A DNA stretch of 64,000 nt from NCBI GenBank assembly GCA_951406725.2, contig OX597817.1, forward strand, positions 144,956,001-145,020,000. The letters run 5' to 3'. The DNA comes from Octopus vulgaris. Lineage: Eukaryota. This document shows, piece after piece, positions 21,591 through 35,859 of the stretch. A model generated the notes under the pieces. It was not told the DNA's origin. It made no database searches and was given only the letters and a program-made list of their open reading frames with translations. Each line of letters starts with the position of its first letter. Position 1 is the stretch's first letter. The position numbers were made by a program, and so were the translations under genes.

Positions 21591-23578
21591 GTTTGTATAA
21601 ATAATGTATGTGTTGAAAGCCTTCTGGACTGTGCTATTCATCTTGAGAAGGTATCCCTTATAAACATACAGTGTTAAAAACGTAGAAAAATATCAGCAGC
21701 AGACAAAAGTGATGCAGCATCGGTGGTGAAATTGCTGTATCTAGATTTCTGCTTATTAGCTTCACCGACTGCAAATATCCATGTCACTTCATGTTGAGAA
21801 AACATCAGCTGCTTTATATTATCTGATCTTGCAGGGCAAGAACTGCACTTCAAAAGTTATTCTTCATGCTTTTCTATAGCTTCTCTCCATAATCTGCATG
21901 ACTGAAGAATGCCAAATAACACATTTACCAGTATGACTTCTAATTTAAGATGGTAGATTATGATTTGAAGGAAATTTGGCTGCTATGTCTAACAGGTTGT
22001 GGACTCATGTAGAGGCTTTCTTTTGTTTTCTCAAAGTGAATCTTATTGTATTTGTGTATCCACAGCTCAGTCATGGCTAAACAAAACTATGGTGAAATGT
22101 ATTCCAATTGTGACAATCGTGTCTTTTGTATATCAAGAACTATTGTTCATTATAACCTTTATCTAAGATGATAGAGTGTGATTTATGAGAGTTTGGGCTG
22201 TTATTTTTAGCTGGCTGAATGACTATATGTGTTTGGCAACTACTCTTTCTCAGATCTGTGAGCAGTACTATACTGTGATATATGTTTTGTAAAACAATTA
22301 AAAGTAGTTCAGAGCCAAACTATTTCCTAGTTGTGAAAACAGACCAGGAATTTCTTTGGTATTATGATGTAGCCAGCCTTAATGATGAAACACAGCTATA
22401 ATTTGCATGTCAGTAGCAGAAATATTCCCAATAAAACATTATAATATTCTTGCTGTAATACAAATAGTTTTTTTAGCTATGTAAATTACTTCCTAAAATT
22501 TACTAGTGTTAAGGAGGTTTAAGGTGTTTACAAGTTACAACAAAAACTATACATAATTTTCTTCTATTTCCTACACATCCACAGAGAATATACCTCTTCC
22601 CATCTTATTGGTACAAATAATTCAATAGTGTTTAAAACAGCATATGTTTTGAGGTTGAATGTACAGCAGTAATACAATAAAAAAGATTAATAAAAAGTTA
22701 CATATTAATAAAAAGCCATGTGTGTATAATATGTTGTGAGAATGTACGTAAATATTTTTGTTTTACCAAGTCAGTTGAATAATAAAGTTGTAGAAACTGT
22801 TCACATATATTTTCATGTTTGTAAAGTTAGATGTCTTCTAGCAAATAATGGTCAGTAGTTCAGAAAAAAAGTTGTGTTTATTTAATCTGGTGAACTTTTA
22901 CAATTGGCAAATGATTTCTCATTCGCTTGGCGTTTTTTATGACTTAAGACAGCTGATTTTGTTCTGTTGAGGCGAAGCAAAAAGAAGCAAAGTACAAACT
23001 AAAGAGAGAAAATATAATGAAATAGACAACTTCTGTAAAGTAAAAACAAGAAAAAGAAGAGGAAATAATTTGACTTCTGTTCAAATGGCAAAGATGGCCA
23101 ACATATTACTTGTCACTGATTGACTGATATAACACATGCAAAAAATGATAAAACACTACAATATAACTTGAAAATGAGGTTGCTACAAGTGCTTTCCTCA
23201 GTATTTCCAAACAACATTATATCAAAATATCTTTATCCTTTTAATATCATTTTTTTAAATATATATTTTTATATCTTATGAAATATGAAAATATTTCATT
23301 TTTTATTAGTTCTTCCATTTATAGACTATTTCATATGTCTCGTCTCATACATTTTGCTCAAGATATATTTTTGAATAAATTTTTTGATATACTTTCTAAG
23401 GTACATTTTATTTAATTTTTGTATATTTTTGATATTTTTTTTTTATATCTTTACTTTATTTTATAACCTGTTTTAGATATCTTATATATAATCTGAGTGA
23501 ATTGTTTGTTTATATTTGCAAGCAAATTTTATTATCAAACCTTATTCTTTACTCTTATTTTTCATTATTTCTTATCAG

Positions 23579-23661
23579 TCATGATACAGAAACTACCGAT
23601 TGGATTGACCCTCGGCTCTCACATTTACACAAGTCACAAACAGAAGACTATAGTGATGATG
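23579..23661 (+). CDS. MAGI: Internal coding exon: C-terminal half of a WW domain plus the linker to a second WW domain, MAGI-like (membrane-associated guanylate kinase, inverted)
   Basis: Polypyrimidine tract and acceptor (tttttcattatttcttatcag, AG at 23577-23578), donor G|gtaagt at 23662. Translation [..t] H D T E T T D W I D P R L S H L H K S Q T E D Y S D D [g..] matches the WW signature H-x-T-x-T-T-x-W-x-D-P-R, followed by an acidic linker like MAGI WW1-WW2 (HNTKTTSWLDPRL...EEC.EDE|LPYGW). Phase 2 start, phase 1 end. Orthology comes from recalled family similarity, not a search. Confidence 0.8.
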
Positions 23662-24549
23662 GTAAGTTTAATTTTATGTTATTCATACCTGAGGAGTGGT
23701 GGTAGCTACAATGAACCCACCTAAAAAAAAAAGAAAAATGTTTCACAAAGTTTAACTCTCTCCACAGGTATCACAACAATAAAAATGATAGCAACTTCTG
23801 TGTCCAAAAGTGGTGGCAATGATATAATAGAAAACTTGAAAATAAATACTCTCAGCATTGATTCATGTGATCGTTGTCATCACTACCATCATCATCATAA
23901 TCATTGTCATCATCACCTTCATTGTTGTCATTCACAGATCTCACAAAGCTAAATGTTTGTGCTTGTCTGTCCACTGCTTCATCTAAACTTCATTATTCGC
24001 AGGAGGATTTGTAGAATAGTTTAAGTTCACTTTCAATGAGGATTGAGGAATCTTCCTTCACTCCTCCTCTCTTTGCTAACTGAACTTATTTAACTATTCT
24101 AAGAATTCTCTTGCAAACTAATTGATATTGATGCAGACAATAACTATTTTCCTTGGATTTTACCTTTTATTATTCTCAATTTGGAAGGAATACTGACTTC
24201 TATTAGACATGAATCCCATTACATCAGTCCTTTTCAGTGTTCTGTTACTGTTCACTATTTAGAGAACATAAATTTACAGTAAATTTCATTGCTTTCTTCA
24301 TTTTTAGCACTTGTGGAACTATATGTAGCTTTAGAAAACCTTTTTTTTTTGTTTTCACTGAAATAATACAGAACTGAATTCCTTAAATAAGTTATTACAT
24401 GTATAAAAGCATTAATCACACTATTTGATCATTTATATTTATATCCATGTTTTAATTAGTATATTCTTAGATTTTCTTCAGATGTTTTATATATATATAT
24501 TCCAAAATGTGGATATATATACATTCCAAAATGTAACTACATGTGGATG

Positions 24550-24765
24550 TGGGCGATGTTTTTTTTTTTCTTCTTCCGTCTTGCCTTTCTTTTGGACTTT
24601 CCTCTGTCTCCTGTTTCTGAAGAAGAGCTTTGCTCAAAATGTAAAACACTCTTTCTTTTATTCCCTGAACATTTTAATAATACTTGCATGTACTACATCC
24701 TCGCATTGTTGTTTTTTGTCGTCTTTGTTCTTCGTCTTTCTTCTCCATTTTTTAAAATTAATTAT
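24550..24765 (+). mobile_element. Penelope-type terminal fragment with decayed hammerhead (24613-24647)
   Basis: gttt-CTGAAGA-a-gagc ttt gctc-aaaatgta-aaac (GAAACGTA after CpG decay); ends in (TA)n. Confidence 0.6.
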
Positions 24766-25057
24766 ATATATGTATGTATAAAAGTAAGCTAAAATTATAG
24801 AGTTATCCAAAATAAATTTAAATGGAAATAGCCCATTCTTTCTTGATATAATCAGTATATAAGCATATGTCCTTAAACAAAAGTTATAGCAACTGAAACA
24901 AAGCATGAGAGATTGTTTTCTCCATCAACTCCAATTCATGCTCAAACCTGGATTCCATAACAAACAATACAATTATAATACATGAACTGCAATATGCATG
25001 GAGTTGTAAATAATGGTTATTTCTCACACAATTTAAGGTTTAGCTTGTACTGCACAA

Positions 25058-25270
25058 ATGTGGTAAGTAGCTTGCTTACCAACCACATGGTTCTGGGTTC
25101 ATTCCCACTGTGTGGCACCTTGGACAAGTGTCTTCTACTATAGCCTCGGGCCAAACAAAGCCTTGTGAGTGGATTTGGTAGACGAAAACTTAAAGAACCC
25201 CGTCATATACAAGTATGTATGTATATATATGTGTGTGTGTCTGTGTTTGTCTAAAACAAGTAAAAGAGTA
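25058..25270 (+). mobile_element. SINE family A, internally deleted
   Basis: Head and body to the microsatellite, joined directly to the aaacaagtaaaagag tail. Confidence 0.8.
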
Positions 25271-25975
25271 TAGGTACAAGGCCTCACATTTAGGGATTGT
25301 CCAGAGTTGATTAGATCTAGCCCAGTGTTTTACTGGTGCTCTATTTTATCAATAAAAGTCACAGTTGACTCACAGTTGACCTACACAAGATTTGAACACA
25401 GAACCTAAATGATGCAACCAAATACTGCAATGTAAAAATAATTTTACCTGTTGCCTTACTGATTCTACTACCGTTTTGTAATATTAACTACTCTCATCAG
25501 CATTAGGATGATGGCAATAAATTTTACCAAAATCCTTTGAGTTATGGTTTATATTTACTTTTGAGAAATCTCCGGAAAACTATAAATTTTGATCCAGTTG
25601 GTTTACTTTCAAATTTATAGGGTAATTAATATACCAATTTGATCACTTTTTTTTAAAAATAAAAATTCATTTTTATTTTCTAAATATTTAAAATATTTCA
25701 ATCATTCAAATATTTTCTCTTGATAGTAATATAAACACGTAATACTTTTTATCTGATAAGCAAGATCACCATGTCACAAACATATTCTGTTATTCCTAGC
25801 TTTGTTTTTCTTTTTAGATTTTTCATTTTTTTTTTTTGTTAGAGATGTATGAAAATTTATATATTAATCTATAGGAAAGTCCCTTCTACACAAACACACA
25901 TGCATGCACACGCATAAATACTGAACAACTCAACCAACCAATCAATAAACTATACTATAAGAATGCATAAATAAT

Positions 25976-26212
25976 ATTTATTTCTTTATTGCTCACAGCG
26001 GGCTAAACATAGAGGGTACACACAAGGACAGACAAAGAGATTAAGTTGATTACATCGACCCCAGTGTGTAACTGATACTTATTTAATCGACCCCGAAAGG
26101 ATGAAAGGCAAAGTCGACCTCGGTGGAATTTGAACTCAGAACGTAACGGCAGATGAAATACCGCTCAGCATTTCACCCAGCGTGCTAACAATTCTGTCAG
26201 TTCATTGCCTTA
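25976..26212 (-). mobile_element. SINE family C
   Basis: Reverse complement of 55748-55970. Confidence 0.85.
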
Positions 26213-26379
26213 ATGCATAAATAATATTAGCAGATATGGGGAGGTTAAAGGAAAAAAGTTTTTCTTTTCTTTCTCTAAATGAAAAATTGAAAAAGATCTT
26301 TTTTCTGTTCAAAATTGATTCTTTACCTTATATGTGTGTAAAAGCCAACTTTGAACAGATTTGAAATTTTTTAATCCAA

Positions 26380-26755
26380 AGTGGTAAGTAGCTAGCTTAC
26401 CAACCACATGGTTCTGGATTCAGTCCCACTGCGTGGCACTTTGGGCAAGTGTCTTCTACTATATCCTCGGGCCGACCAAAGCCTTGTTGTGAGTGGATTT
26501 GGTAGACTGAAACTGAAAGAAGCCCGTCGTATATATGTATATGTGTGTGTGTTTGTGTGTCTGTGTTTGTCCCCCCAACATCGCTTGACAACCGATGTTG
26601 GTGTGTTTACATCCCCCGTAACTTAGCGGTTCAGCAAAAGAGACCGATAGAATAAGTACTAGGCTTACAAAGAATAAGTCCTGGGGTCTATTTGCTCAAC
26701 TAAAGGCGATGCTCCAGCATGGCCGCAATCAAATGACTGAAGCAAGTAAAAGAGT
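26380..26755 (+). mobile_element. SINE family A
   Basis: Near-consensus copy. Confidence 0.9.
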
Positions 26756-27611
26756 ATATATGTATGTATATATATATATATAGCTCCTGAAACCTTGGAA
26801 TGCAAAATTGTGGCTTTTGTTACACAGAAAAGTAAACTTCATGGTTTAATCATTTTGATACCAACTTAAATGAGACTGACCTTTGTTGTATGATACAAAC
26901 TTTTTGTTTTAAAATTGTCTTAAAATCTTCCTTCAAAATTTTTTGTTAATTTATGTCCTAAACACCAGATAATAACGACAAAGTTATTTTATTAAATTCT
27001 TCATTATTTTCAAAATTAATTGAAGTAAGGGCAGTGTATTTCAACAGAAAATGGTTATCAAAGTGGTTCAAGATATACAGTTAGAAGAAAAACCATTGTG
27101 TATCCCTTTCTAAAACAGAAGTTTGTCTAATTTCTGTTAATAATTGAAGCAATGGGTTTAGCACTTATCTCTGTGTCCTTGTTTTCTCTGCTTCCTTTTA
27201 TCACCTGTAACATTACAACTGCTTTTACAAATTGTTGCTTCTGCCATCAGGTATCTACTGCAACCCTTACTGTCATTATTACTACTATAACCACTATACT
27301 ACTCCTAATACCAATGCTAGCAATAAGCTGTATGTGGACACTCAGTGTACTGCAATAGCAGTCAAATCAACTACTAATTGCACTCTTAGTGTCTTAAATG
27401 ACAAGTACATGTTAAGGAGTATTGTCACAGATATACTATGTTCTTTCAACCATTTCATCCTGCAAGCTGTGGCCATCCTGGGGCACTACCACTGAAAAGT
27501 GATGCTCGCAGCACGTAGGTTGCTCAAGTGTCCATGCAACTAAGTAGTGACTGGGCTCAAATTTGCCTAACTTTGGTGACCAGAAGAGAACTGGTACATT
27601 CAGCGTGGTAT

Positions 27612-28000
27612 TCTTTTATTCTTTTATTTTTTTCAGTCATTTGACTGCAGCCATGCTGGAGCACCACCTTTAGTCGAGCAAATCAACACCAGGACTTATT
27701 CTATCGGTTCTCTTTTGCCAAACCACTAAGTTATGGGGATGTAAACACACCAGCATTGGTTGTCAAGCGATGTTGGGGGGACAAACGGACAAACACAGAC
27801 ATACAAACATATACACACACATACATATATATATATACATATATATGATGGGCTTCTTTCAGTTTTCGTCTACCAAATCCACCCACAAGGCTTTGGTCGA
27901 CCTGAGGCTGTAGTAGAAGACAATTGCTCAAGGTGCCATGCAGTGGGACTGAACCCAGAACAATCTGGTTGGTAAGCAAGCTACTTACCACACCGCCACC
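27612..28000 (-). mobile_element. SINE family A
   Basis: Reverse-complement match. Confidence 0.9.
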
Positions 28001-28562
28001 TCCTACAAACTCAAAAATATGATGGTCATGACTGTGATAGATAATGGGCCTACTCAATCAAAGCTGACCAGGGGTTAAACAACAACAATAGCAATAGCAA
28101 TGTCATGTCCCCCACCACACACACTCATCTCCCTATCATATATCACCACCACCACCACTACATAAATGCTGCTGCCATAGATCTATCAGTGATAGTTTTA
28201 ATGTTGTCGGCTTTTCAGTTCAGTAGACATCCGCCAACTGCTTCTTTCTCACACCATCACTACTGATACCACTGTACTACATCCCCACCTCCTCCCTATT
28301 TCTTTTAATGTAACCCCCTCGACCCGTTTCCTAATTACAATCTTTATTGTTACGTTATTCACTTTAATTCTATTAATTAATTAATTAATTAATTATTATA
28401 ATGATTATCATTCCACCTGTTGTTTGTCTGTTTTATAGTCTTAGAAATTCTGTTAATTACTTTACTAACTTTTCATACTTAATACTCATAAGCTAAAACA
28501 GTCCAATTTAGTTTACCATTTTAAAAATAAGTTGCTGGCATAAGTTAGCTAAAATTTATTGC

Positions 28563-28916
28563 TCATCGTTTAACATCTGCTTTCCATGCTGGTATGGGTT
28601 GGATGGTTTGACTGAGGACTAGTGAGCCAGGAGGCTGCACCAGGCTCCAGTCTGATCTGGCAAAGTTTCTACAGCTGGATGCCCTTCCTAATGCCAACCA
28701 CTCCGAGAGTTTGGAGCTATTTGATTTAATTTTCAATCTTGCCAATCTCTTCAGGTGTTATTCTTAAAGAAATTGCAAGACACTGAAACTCAAGTCGAAT
28801 AATTCCAAATTTAATTGTGCCATGTGTTATATATTTTTTGTTGTGTTGTATTAATCTACTGTTGTATTGGACACTGTATAACTTGGTTACTTATTTTTAA
28901 ATCATTAAGAAGGAGC

Positions 28917-29008
<92 letters not shown>

Positions 29009-29290
29009 ATCATCATCATCATCATCATCGTTTAACGTCTGTTCCATGCTAGGATGGGTTGGACAGTTTGACCGGGGTCTGAGGAGCCAGGAGACTGCAC
29101 CAAGCTCCAGTCTGATCTGGCAGTGTTTCTACAGGATGCCCTTCCTAATGCCAACCACTCCATGAGTGTAGTGGGTGCTTTTTACGTGCCACCGGCACAG
29201 GGCCAGAAGAGGCTGGCAAACAGCCACAATCGGTTGGTACTTTTACATGTCACTGACAGGGACACCAGTCAAGGCAGTGCTGGTATCATA
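28563..29290 (-). mobile_element. Two family B fragments (28563-28710, 29008-29290) separated by a Penelope-type fragment and (TA)n
   Basis: catcgtttaac...ttccatgct...gggttgga... matches. The intervening 28760-28800 (+) reads attc-ttaaaga-...-GAAAC tcaa GTC-gaat, a heavily decayed hammerhead-like motif. Confidence 0.75.
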
Positions 29291-29809
29291 TATATATATA
29301 TATAGATGCATGTACTGGTAAAGTCAATGTTCTTCTTGGGCTGCTGCTAGTTTACAGCTGCAGGTAAAACTGCATCAAATGCAAAAACGATGCCAAGTTA
29401 GGTGTCCTGTATGAATGGTAAAACCATTTGGCTCTAGCCTGCAATTTCATCAGTTTCAAAGCTCTGCTATAACCATCGATGTTTTATACACTAACAGAGT
29501 ACCCTGGGTATTAAAACAGGGTGTGTTGAACATAAGGTAGACGTGAAGATAAGATAAGATAAGATGTTTAAATGATAAGTGTTATATGCTGAGAAATAGT
29601 GGAGAAAATGACAAATAGATAGAAAACTTTGTTGAAGTACATGAGTAAGATGCTAAATATCTGCTTCTTGTCTTCCTTAAGTTCTGACTGACTCAGAATT
29701 TACAGGTATAATCAAGGTGAAAAATAAATACCCCACTTCTACTTCATAGTTTTTATTGTAGTCTAGTCCCAGGTCAACCTTAGTCAAAGGCGTTCCATTT
29801 GTTAGCACA

Positions 29810-30000
29810 CTGTGCCGGTGGCATGTAAAAAGCACCCACTACACTCACGTAGTGGTTGGTGTTAGGAAGGGCATCGAGCTGTAGAAACACTGCCAGATCA
29901 GAATGGGCCTGGTGCAGCCTCCTGGCTTCCCAGACCCCAGTCGAACTGTCCTACTCATGCCAGCATGGAAAGCAGACGTTAAACGATGATGATGATGATT
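29810..30000 (+). mobile_element. Family B (RTE 3' UTR) fragment
   Basis: gtgccggtggcatgtaaaaagcacccactacactc...gacgttaaacgatgatgatg. Confidence 0.85.
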
Positions 30001-30424
30001 TCAATTTTATATAATGTCCAGTGTATTCTTTATTTAAGGAGCTTGGGTGTAATTTGTGGGAAGTTTAACTACCATTTCAAGCATGTTGTGTTTTGTGTAG
30101 GCTCCCTCCTTGACTTTAACTCCTCTTCACAAATGTGTGGAAAGACAATTATCCCCTTTGATACCAATCCATCTGAGACCACCCCTGCTGCTATCATACA
30201 AATTTCATGTTAATTTATGTTCTAAACACTGTCAATATTGACAGTGTATTTCAACAGGAATATGGTAACGAAAGGTTTAAATATTCAAATCATCACAATC
30301 CAGCTGACTTTCAAAAATGGAAGCATGGCAAAATATTTTAAAATTCATAAACTTATGCTATCGACCTGAACATTTCCCCATTGATTGCAGTCTAATTTCT
30401 TCTATAGAATTACATTTGTCATGG

Positions 30425-30745
30425 CTTTAGATTTGGTTTGCAAGATTCTTGGTGTAAACCTGTGTTAAAACACATTTTGAGAATGCTTTGTGTAGGATGT
30501 GTGTGGTGCCTAGCAGTGTCTATTTTCTGTGTGTTATATATATTCATAAGTCCTGGTGTTTTGGTTATGTATTTGTATGTTTTTTTAATTATATTAATGC
30601 ACCTATTATTACAGAGATCATTTCTGTCCTCAGGCCCTACATTTGAGTTATCTCTATTTCGAGATCTTTATATTTTGAGAGTTCTTCTGTTTCTTTTAGA
30701 GATACATTGTCATCAGTTGGGACTGGTATGTCAATTATAAGGCAT
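30425..30745 (-). mobile_element. R4/Dong-clade LINE 3' fragment (restriction-like endonuclease end)
   Basis: Minus strand: KCLIIDIPVPTDDNVSLKETEELSKYKDLEIEITQM...; abuts (TAA)n; homologous to 38628-38962. Confidence 0.75.
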
Positions 30746-31051
30746 TTATTATTATTATTATTATTATTGAGTGAGAGAGCAGTGCATGCCATCAAAGTGA
30801 CATTGGGGTAAAATATGCGAAGCCCAGTATACCCATTGTGACTACCCGTTTGATAACGGTACACCAAGCACAAGCATCATAACTATATGTGTGCGACATG
30901 GTGATCTCATATCAAGATAAACAGCACATGACCTTGCAGGTGGAGCCCAGTTAGAATTTTCTTCAGGTCGAGTAGCTCATCCTGCTCAAAAGGTCCCTGA
31001 ATATATTATTATTATCATTATTATTATTATTATTATTATTGCAAAAGCTTA

Positions 31052-31085
<34 letters not shown>

Positions 31086-31744
31086 CATTGTTATCATTAT
31101 TATTATTATCATTATTATTGTTGTTGTTGTTACAAAAGCTTATTATTAAAAAATTTCAAATAAGCACGCGACAATTGAAGTTACTAAACCAAGTATTTCC
31201 TTGACTCTTTTTTCTTTTTCTCTTTCTCTTTGTAAAGCAAACTTAATTCTCTTCGATGAAAAGCATTTTGTAGTTATTTTTAAAAAAATAGAAATGCTGA
31301 GAAACCCACTGAAAAATGCTATGATTGGTGTTTTTTATTTATTATAGTGGGGGTATGTTTTAAAAGATCAACTGTGATTCTGGTTATCCGATTAAGAGTC
31401 AACTCCTACTGTGCTAATGAACCTGTTTACTAAACCTGCTATTCTGCCATATTGAGCTTCTCTTTGCTCACTTGCACCCTGCAGTATCCTCTATATTTTC
31501 ACTACCTCAATTCTATGTTGTCTGCAGTGTTTTCAGAAAATAGTAATGTAAAAATAGTTCATTTGTGATTTAGCTACATGAGGTTTCCAGGCTGTGGACA
31601 AGTTTCATGCTCCCAACACGATACTAGATAAAACGATATTTGTGTGCTTTAAGGTTCTGATAAAATAAGAAAAAAGGGAATTTAGAAGAAGGAAGAGAGA
31701 GAGAGAGATTTTGTTGAAAAGGAATTTAAGGATGATAGACTTTA

Positions 31745-32175
31745 TCATCATCATCATCATCGTTTAACGTCCGTTTTCCATGCTAGCATGGGTTGGATGG
31801 TTCGACCGGGGTCTGGGAAGCCAGGAGGCTGCACCAGGCTCCAGTCTGATCAGGCAGTATTTCTACAGCTGGATGCCCTTCCTAACGCCAACCACTCCGT
31901 GAGTGTCATGGATGCTTTTTACGTGCCACCAGCACAAGTGCCAGGTGGGGCTGGCAACGGCCACGACTGGTTGGTGCTTTTTACGTGCCACCGGTATGGA
32001 AGCCAGTCAAGGTGGCACTGGCATAGACCACATACGGATGATGCTTTTTACGTGCCGGTGGGGGCTGGCAACGGTCACAATCAGTTGGTGCTTTTTACAT
32101 GTCACTGGCCCGGAAGCCAGTCAAGGTGGCACTGGCATCGACCACGTACGGATGGTGCTTTTTACGTGCCACTGC
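31745..32175 (-). mobile_element. Family B fragment with internal ~60-bp tandem units
   Basis: (CAT)n start; repeated ggtgctttttacgtgccaccggcac units. Confidence 0.85.
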
Positions 32176-33019
32176 TGGGGGGGGGGGCTCTAAAAGTCTT
32201 GGAGTTACTGGCATTCTCTATGAATTTCCTGTCAATTTTTTATTATTAGATTTTTAATTAAATTTTTATATTTTATCAGAATATTTTCTCTTATGGAAAT
32301 GAATTTGATTATTTAACCCAAACAGGATCAAATTTTCCTATAAAATTCACTGAAATTATTGAGTTTTAAAGCATGCTATCATTTACCAAACTAATAAAGA
32401 TTTTCTGTTCCATTACTTTCAATTTTCAAACTTTTATTGAAGATGTAAATGGAAATTAAATTTATTAAATTTATCACACCATCTATTTATTGATATCACC
32501 ACCTCTTATCAGTCTTGCATGATATTTCGTACTTGTTATCTCAATCACATTGCAAGTCTATGAGGGCGGCTTCATGTAGCTAATCAACCTGCTAGAAATA
32601 ACAGACAAATTTTTTCTAAATCATATACTACCACTTTGATAAATGGAAGGACAGGTTAGATAGTGTATTACTAATTACTATTTAGAAGCTTGACCACAAG
32701 TTTATTCAGAGTTTATTTTTGGTCTAAACAACATCAGCCCACAATAAAAAAACCATTCATTAAAGCTTTACCGTTCTGTTTTGGTGGAATCCATTCTCTT
32801 ATTTTCAAGAAGTGCCAACTTCTCTGACTCTGCCAACAACAAAATTTGGCATTTATTTCCATTGCAAAAGTGGTGAAGAATCACACAACACCATTTTAGC
32901 ATTTTATGTTTCTTTCCTTTCCAAGTAACCAGTATTTACAATGGAACCATGTAATGTAAAGACTCAGTTCTCCTATATCATAAACCAGTAATATCTTACT
33001 TACCATCCCCTGGACACTA

Positions 33020-33205
33020 CTGTCTCAAGTCCTAAGGCTCATAGGGCCAGTTACCCCGTTCCCATGGCATTTAAGTGACCAAAATCACAATGTTCTCCCT
33101 GAATGGGGTTCTGGTCCATCACAGGGTTACTCACTTACTGTGGAGTAGACTGGAATAATGTGAAATGAAGTGATTTTCTCAAGAGCACAATGCACCCTAA
33201 TCACT
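33020..33205 (-). mobile_element. Degenerate SINE fragment with Meta-like domain
   Basis: ggctcatagggccagtt...ccatggc...ccctgaatggggttctggtccatcacagg aligns with 20284-20355. Confidence 0.5.
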
Positions 33206-35859
33206 AGGCTTTTGATAAATTCACTGAGAGCAATGGTGTTGCACTTACCTGCAAAACTTTTTGTTGCTAAGTTGATGGCCTACAATAGGTTCAGTTTGTC
33301 TCTTGTGTCTGTCTCTTTCACCAGAACTCTGTCTCAAACTTGCATTATAGTAACTGTCGTATACATTTGAGTTCTGCAAGTGCACACACTTCTGTATATG
33401 GAGGACCTTCCAATAACTCAGTCCTAGGTTGATTAAATCATCCTCCAATTTTCTTCAGCCTTCTGGTTATCCACATGTAATCTGGTGAAACTTAAACTTC
33501 TACAATGAACAAAAACGTTGAAAAACACACTTCAATGGGACACGATGATCTCCTCTCTTCAAAAACATCAAAACTCAAATCCTTCACATATCAAAGAAAT
33601 AATGTCACATCATTATCTTTACTTTTGACTGACATACAGCTAAAACCCTCAGATCTATTTACAAATGTTTGTTCTCACATCTCTATTAATCTCTCAAAAC
33701 ACCTATCCCAAAGACTAGGCTTCCTTTTTGTGGCCATAAAATACTTCAGCCCTGGTCAGTTAGAAGTACATTCTGCATGGATGCACTGTTTACACATGAG
33801 GTATAAAGCTGCTATTACATACAATGTAATAATATTGTCTTTGAGTATCTCTAAAATTTGGTATTTCTTTAAGGTTTCTCGTTAACATCCTACCTGAAAC
33901 TCATTATAAAGGTCTGAGTTGTAAAAAGATATCTTCACCTTCATACTGTCAGACTGCATTATCATGTCTAGGCAAACTAGATTAGTGGAGCCCATCAACT
34001 TCTTAATAATACTCACATGAGGATCTGAACTAAGATTGCAAACTAATGGAACTATTCTTGATTTCTACAATGCTACCATTGCTTATAGCAGAATTTTTTC
34101 ACATTGCAATATTTATTTACAGCTAGGTGAACAGGGCCACACTGATGTTGCTGACTTCCAAAATGCTACCCCCCCCCATACGTTTTTAGTCCCTGGAGAT
34201 GATGAAGCTTACCATTAGAGAGTTCAACTTTGGTTACAAATATCTGCATATTTTCTTTTCTTTCCCCAATGGTTTCTTGCCATATGACACAAATCTGTTA
34301 CAAATGTTTTGTTTTCAAAATATATTAAGATATTGAGGAAACAAATTAATTTTATAGCCCTTTATTTTGTTTTAATAAGAAGTACTTATAGCTACATTGA
34401 TTTTGTAGTTGTTTTTTGTTTTTTTTCTTCAGGTTAGTAAGCTCTGAACTTTACAAACAACAAACCTCTTCATTTTTAATCTTCTATTATCACCTTCAAT
34501 TCCACCTGACTGTATCCACGGAACTAATAACCTTTTCTAATGCATATCTGGTTACATTTTTAAGCCATCTGTTGTTATTCTCCAATCTTAAAGGGATCTG
34601 TAACTACCGTAACTACCCTAGCAGCATCTCAAGTTCAAATATATCTGTGTGTGTGTTTGTGTGTATTTTCACCTCATTTTGCACTTTTTTTATTTTTCCT
34701 TTTAACTGTCAGTGGCAGGGAGTCCTGTTCATTTAAACATCACAGGAAAACTGCATGAAAGTCAAGCAATCCGTTTTCAATTATTCTTCCTTTCTTTGGA
34801 TGTGAGTAAGATTTTCAGAAACTGAGATCTAATGGTAGGCAGATGAGTTACTAGTTAATATAAGAGTATGTGGAAGATAAATCAACCTCTAAAATGCTTA
34901 ATTTCAATCTGCTGCCATCGCTAGGGAGATATGTATCACAGAACGTTTAAGTGTAGCTAGAATTATCTGTAATTTGGAAAATATTAACGAAATAAAGCGT
35001 TATCCACAATCAGCAGCATCTATCCAGAAATTTTTTATTGTATCTTTATCTGATATGATTGTCAAAATCTACACGATAAAAATGATTACTTGTGCAAATT
35101 ACTTTTAAAAAAATGTACATAACATATATATATATATATATATATATATCTTATATCAGATATATATATATATTGGAAAACAATAAAAAGAGATAAAATT
35201 ATAAGAAACATTTTTTTTAATATTAAGATGAAGATTCTTGTCCTCTTCTCCTTATCATCACTTTCATCTCCTGCCTTCTCATCATTATTATCTTATCATC
35301 TTGCAGAAAAACTTTGTATTTATCTGCTGAGTAGATTTATTAAGGCTATATGCTGCCCTCTCTGGCCTCGTTAATGTAGTTTAAATTGTGTTCTGAGATG
35401 TTGGAACATTATGTAATATGCCCTTCTTAAAAGCTAGCATAAGGCAATATCTTTAACAGGTTTTGAACTTATGATCTACGGCACTGTAATTTCACATTCA
35501 ACCACTAGCTACAACACTAGCTTTATCTTCAATGAGCCAATAAAGTTGCCTTTTTAGGATATGTTGATTGACTTGCTAGAAGTAGTAGCTAAATTCTTAC
35601 AAATCATATATTTTTCTGTCTTAAAAATAAACTCATTGATTAAAGTTATCCAATTCCTGAAAGTAAACAGGATGATCATGGCTGGATTGTCTTTGATCAT
35701 AATTTTGCTCAATCAGCACTGACCTGGGGCTACAGTTTACTCTCTTAGTTCTTAGTAAAAACCAATTTTTCTCAATAGTATTTTTTTTTTCTTTCTGTTC
35801 TTCTATGATAAGAAATTTTAAGAAAATAAAATTAAATTTGTATATTTGTGGCTATGTGA

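Noticed and set aside
30860-31000. Possible HDV-like fold on the minus strand (gacctt/aaggtc, tccacc loop)
   Set aside because: No convincing P3, P1.1 GG, or J4/2-P2' arrangement.
33440-34260. Possible ancient LINE RT remnant on the minus strand (similar hints at 7770-8230 and 10300-10700)
   Set aside because: Only vague peptide resemblance with many stops; cannot be supported without a profile search.
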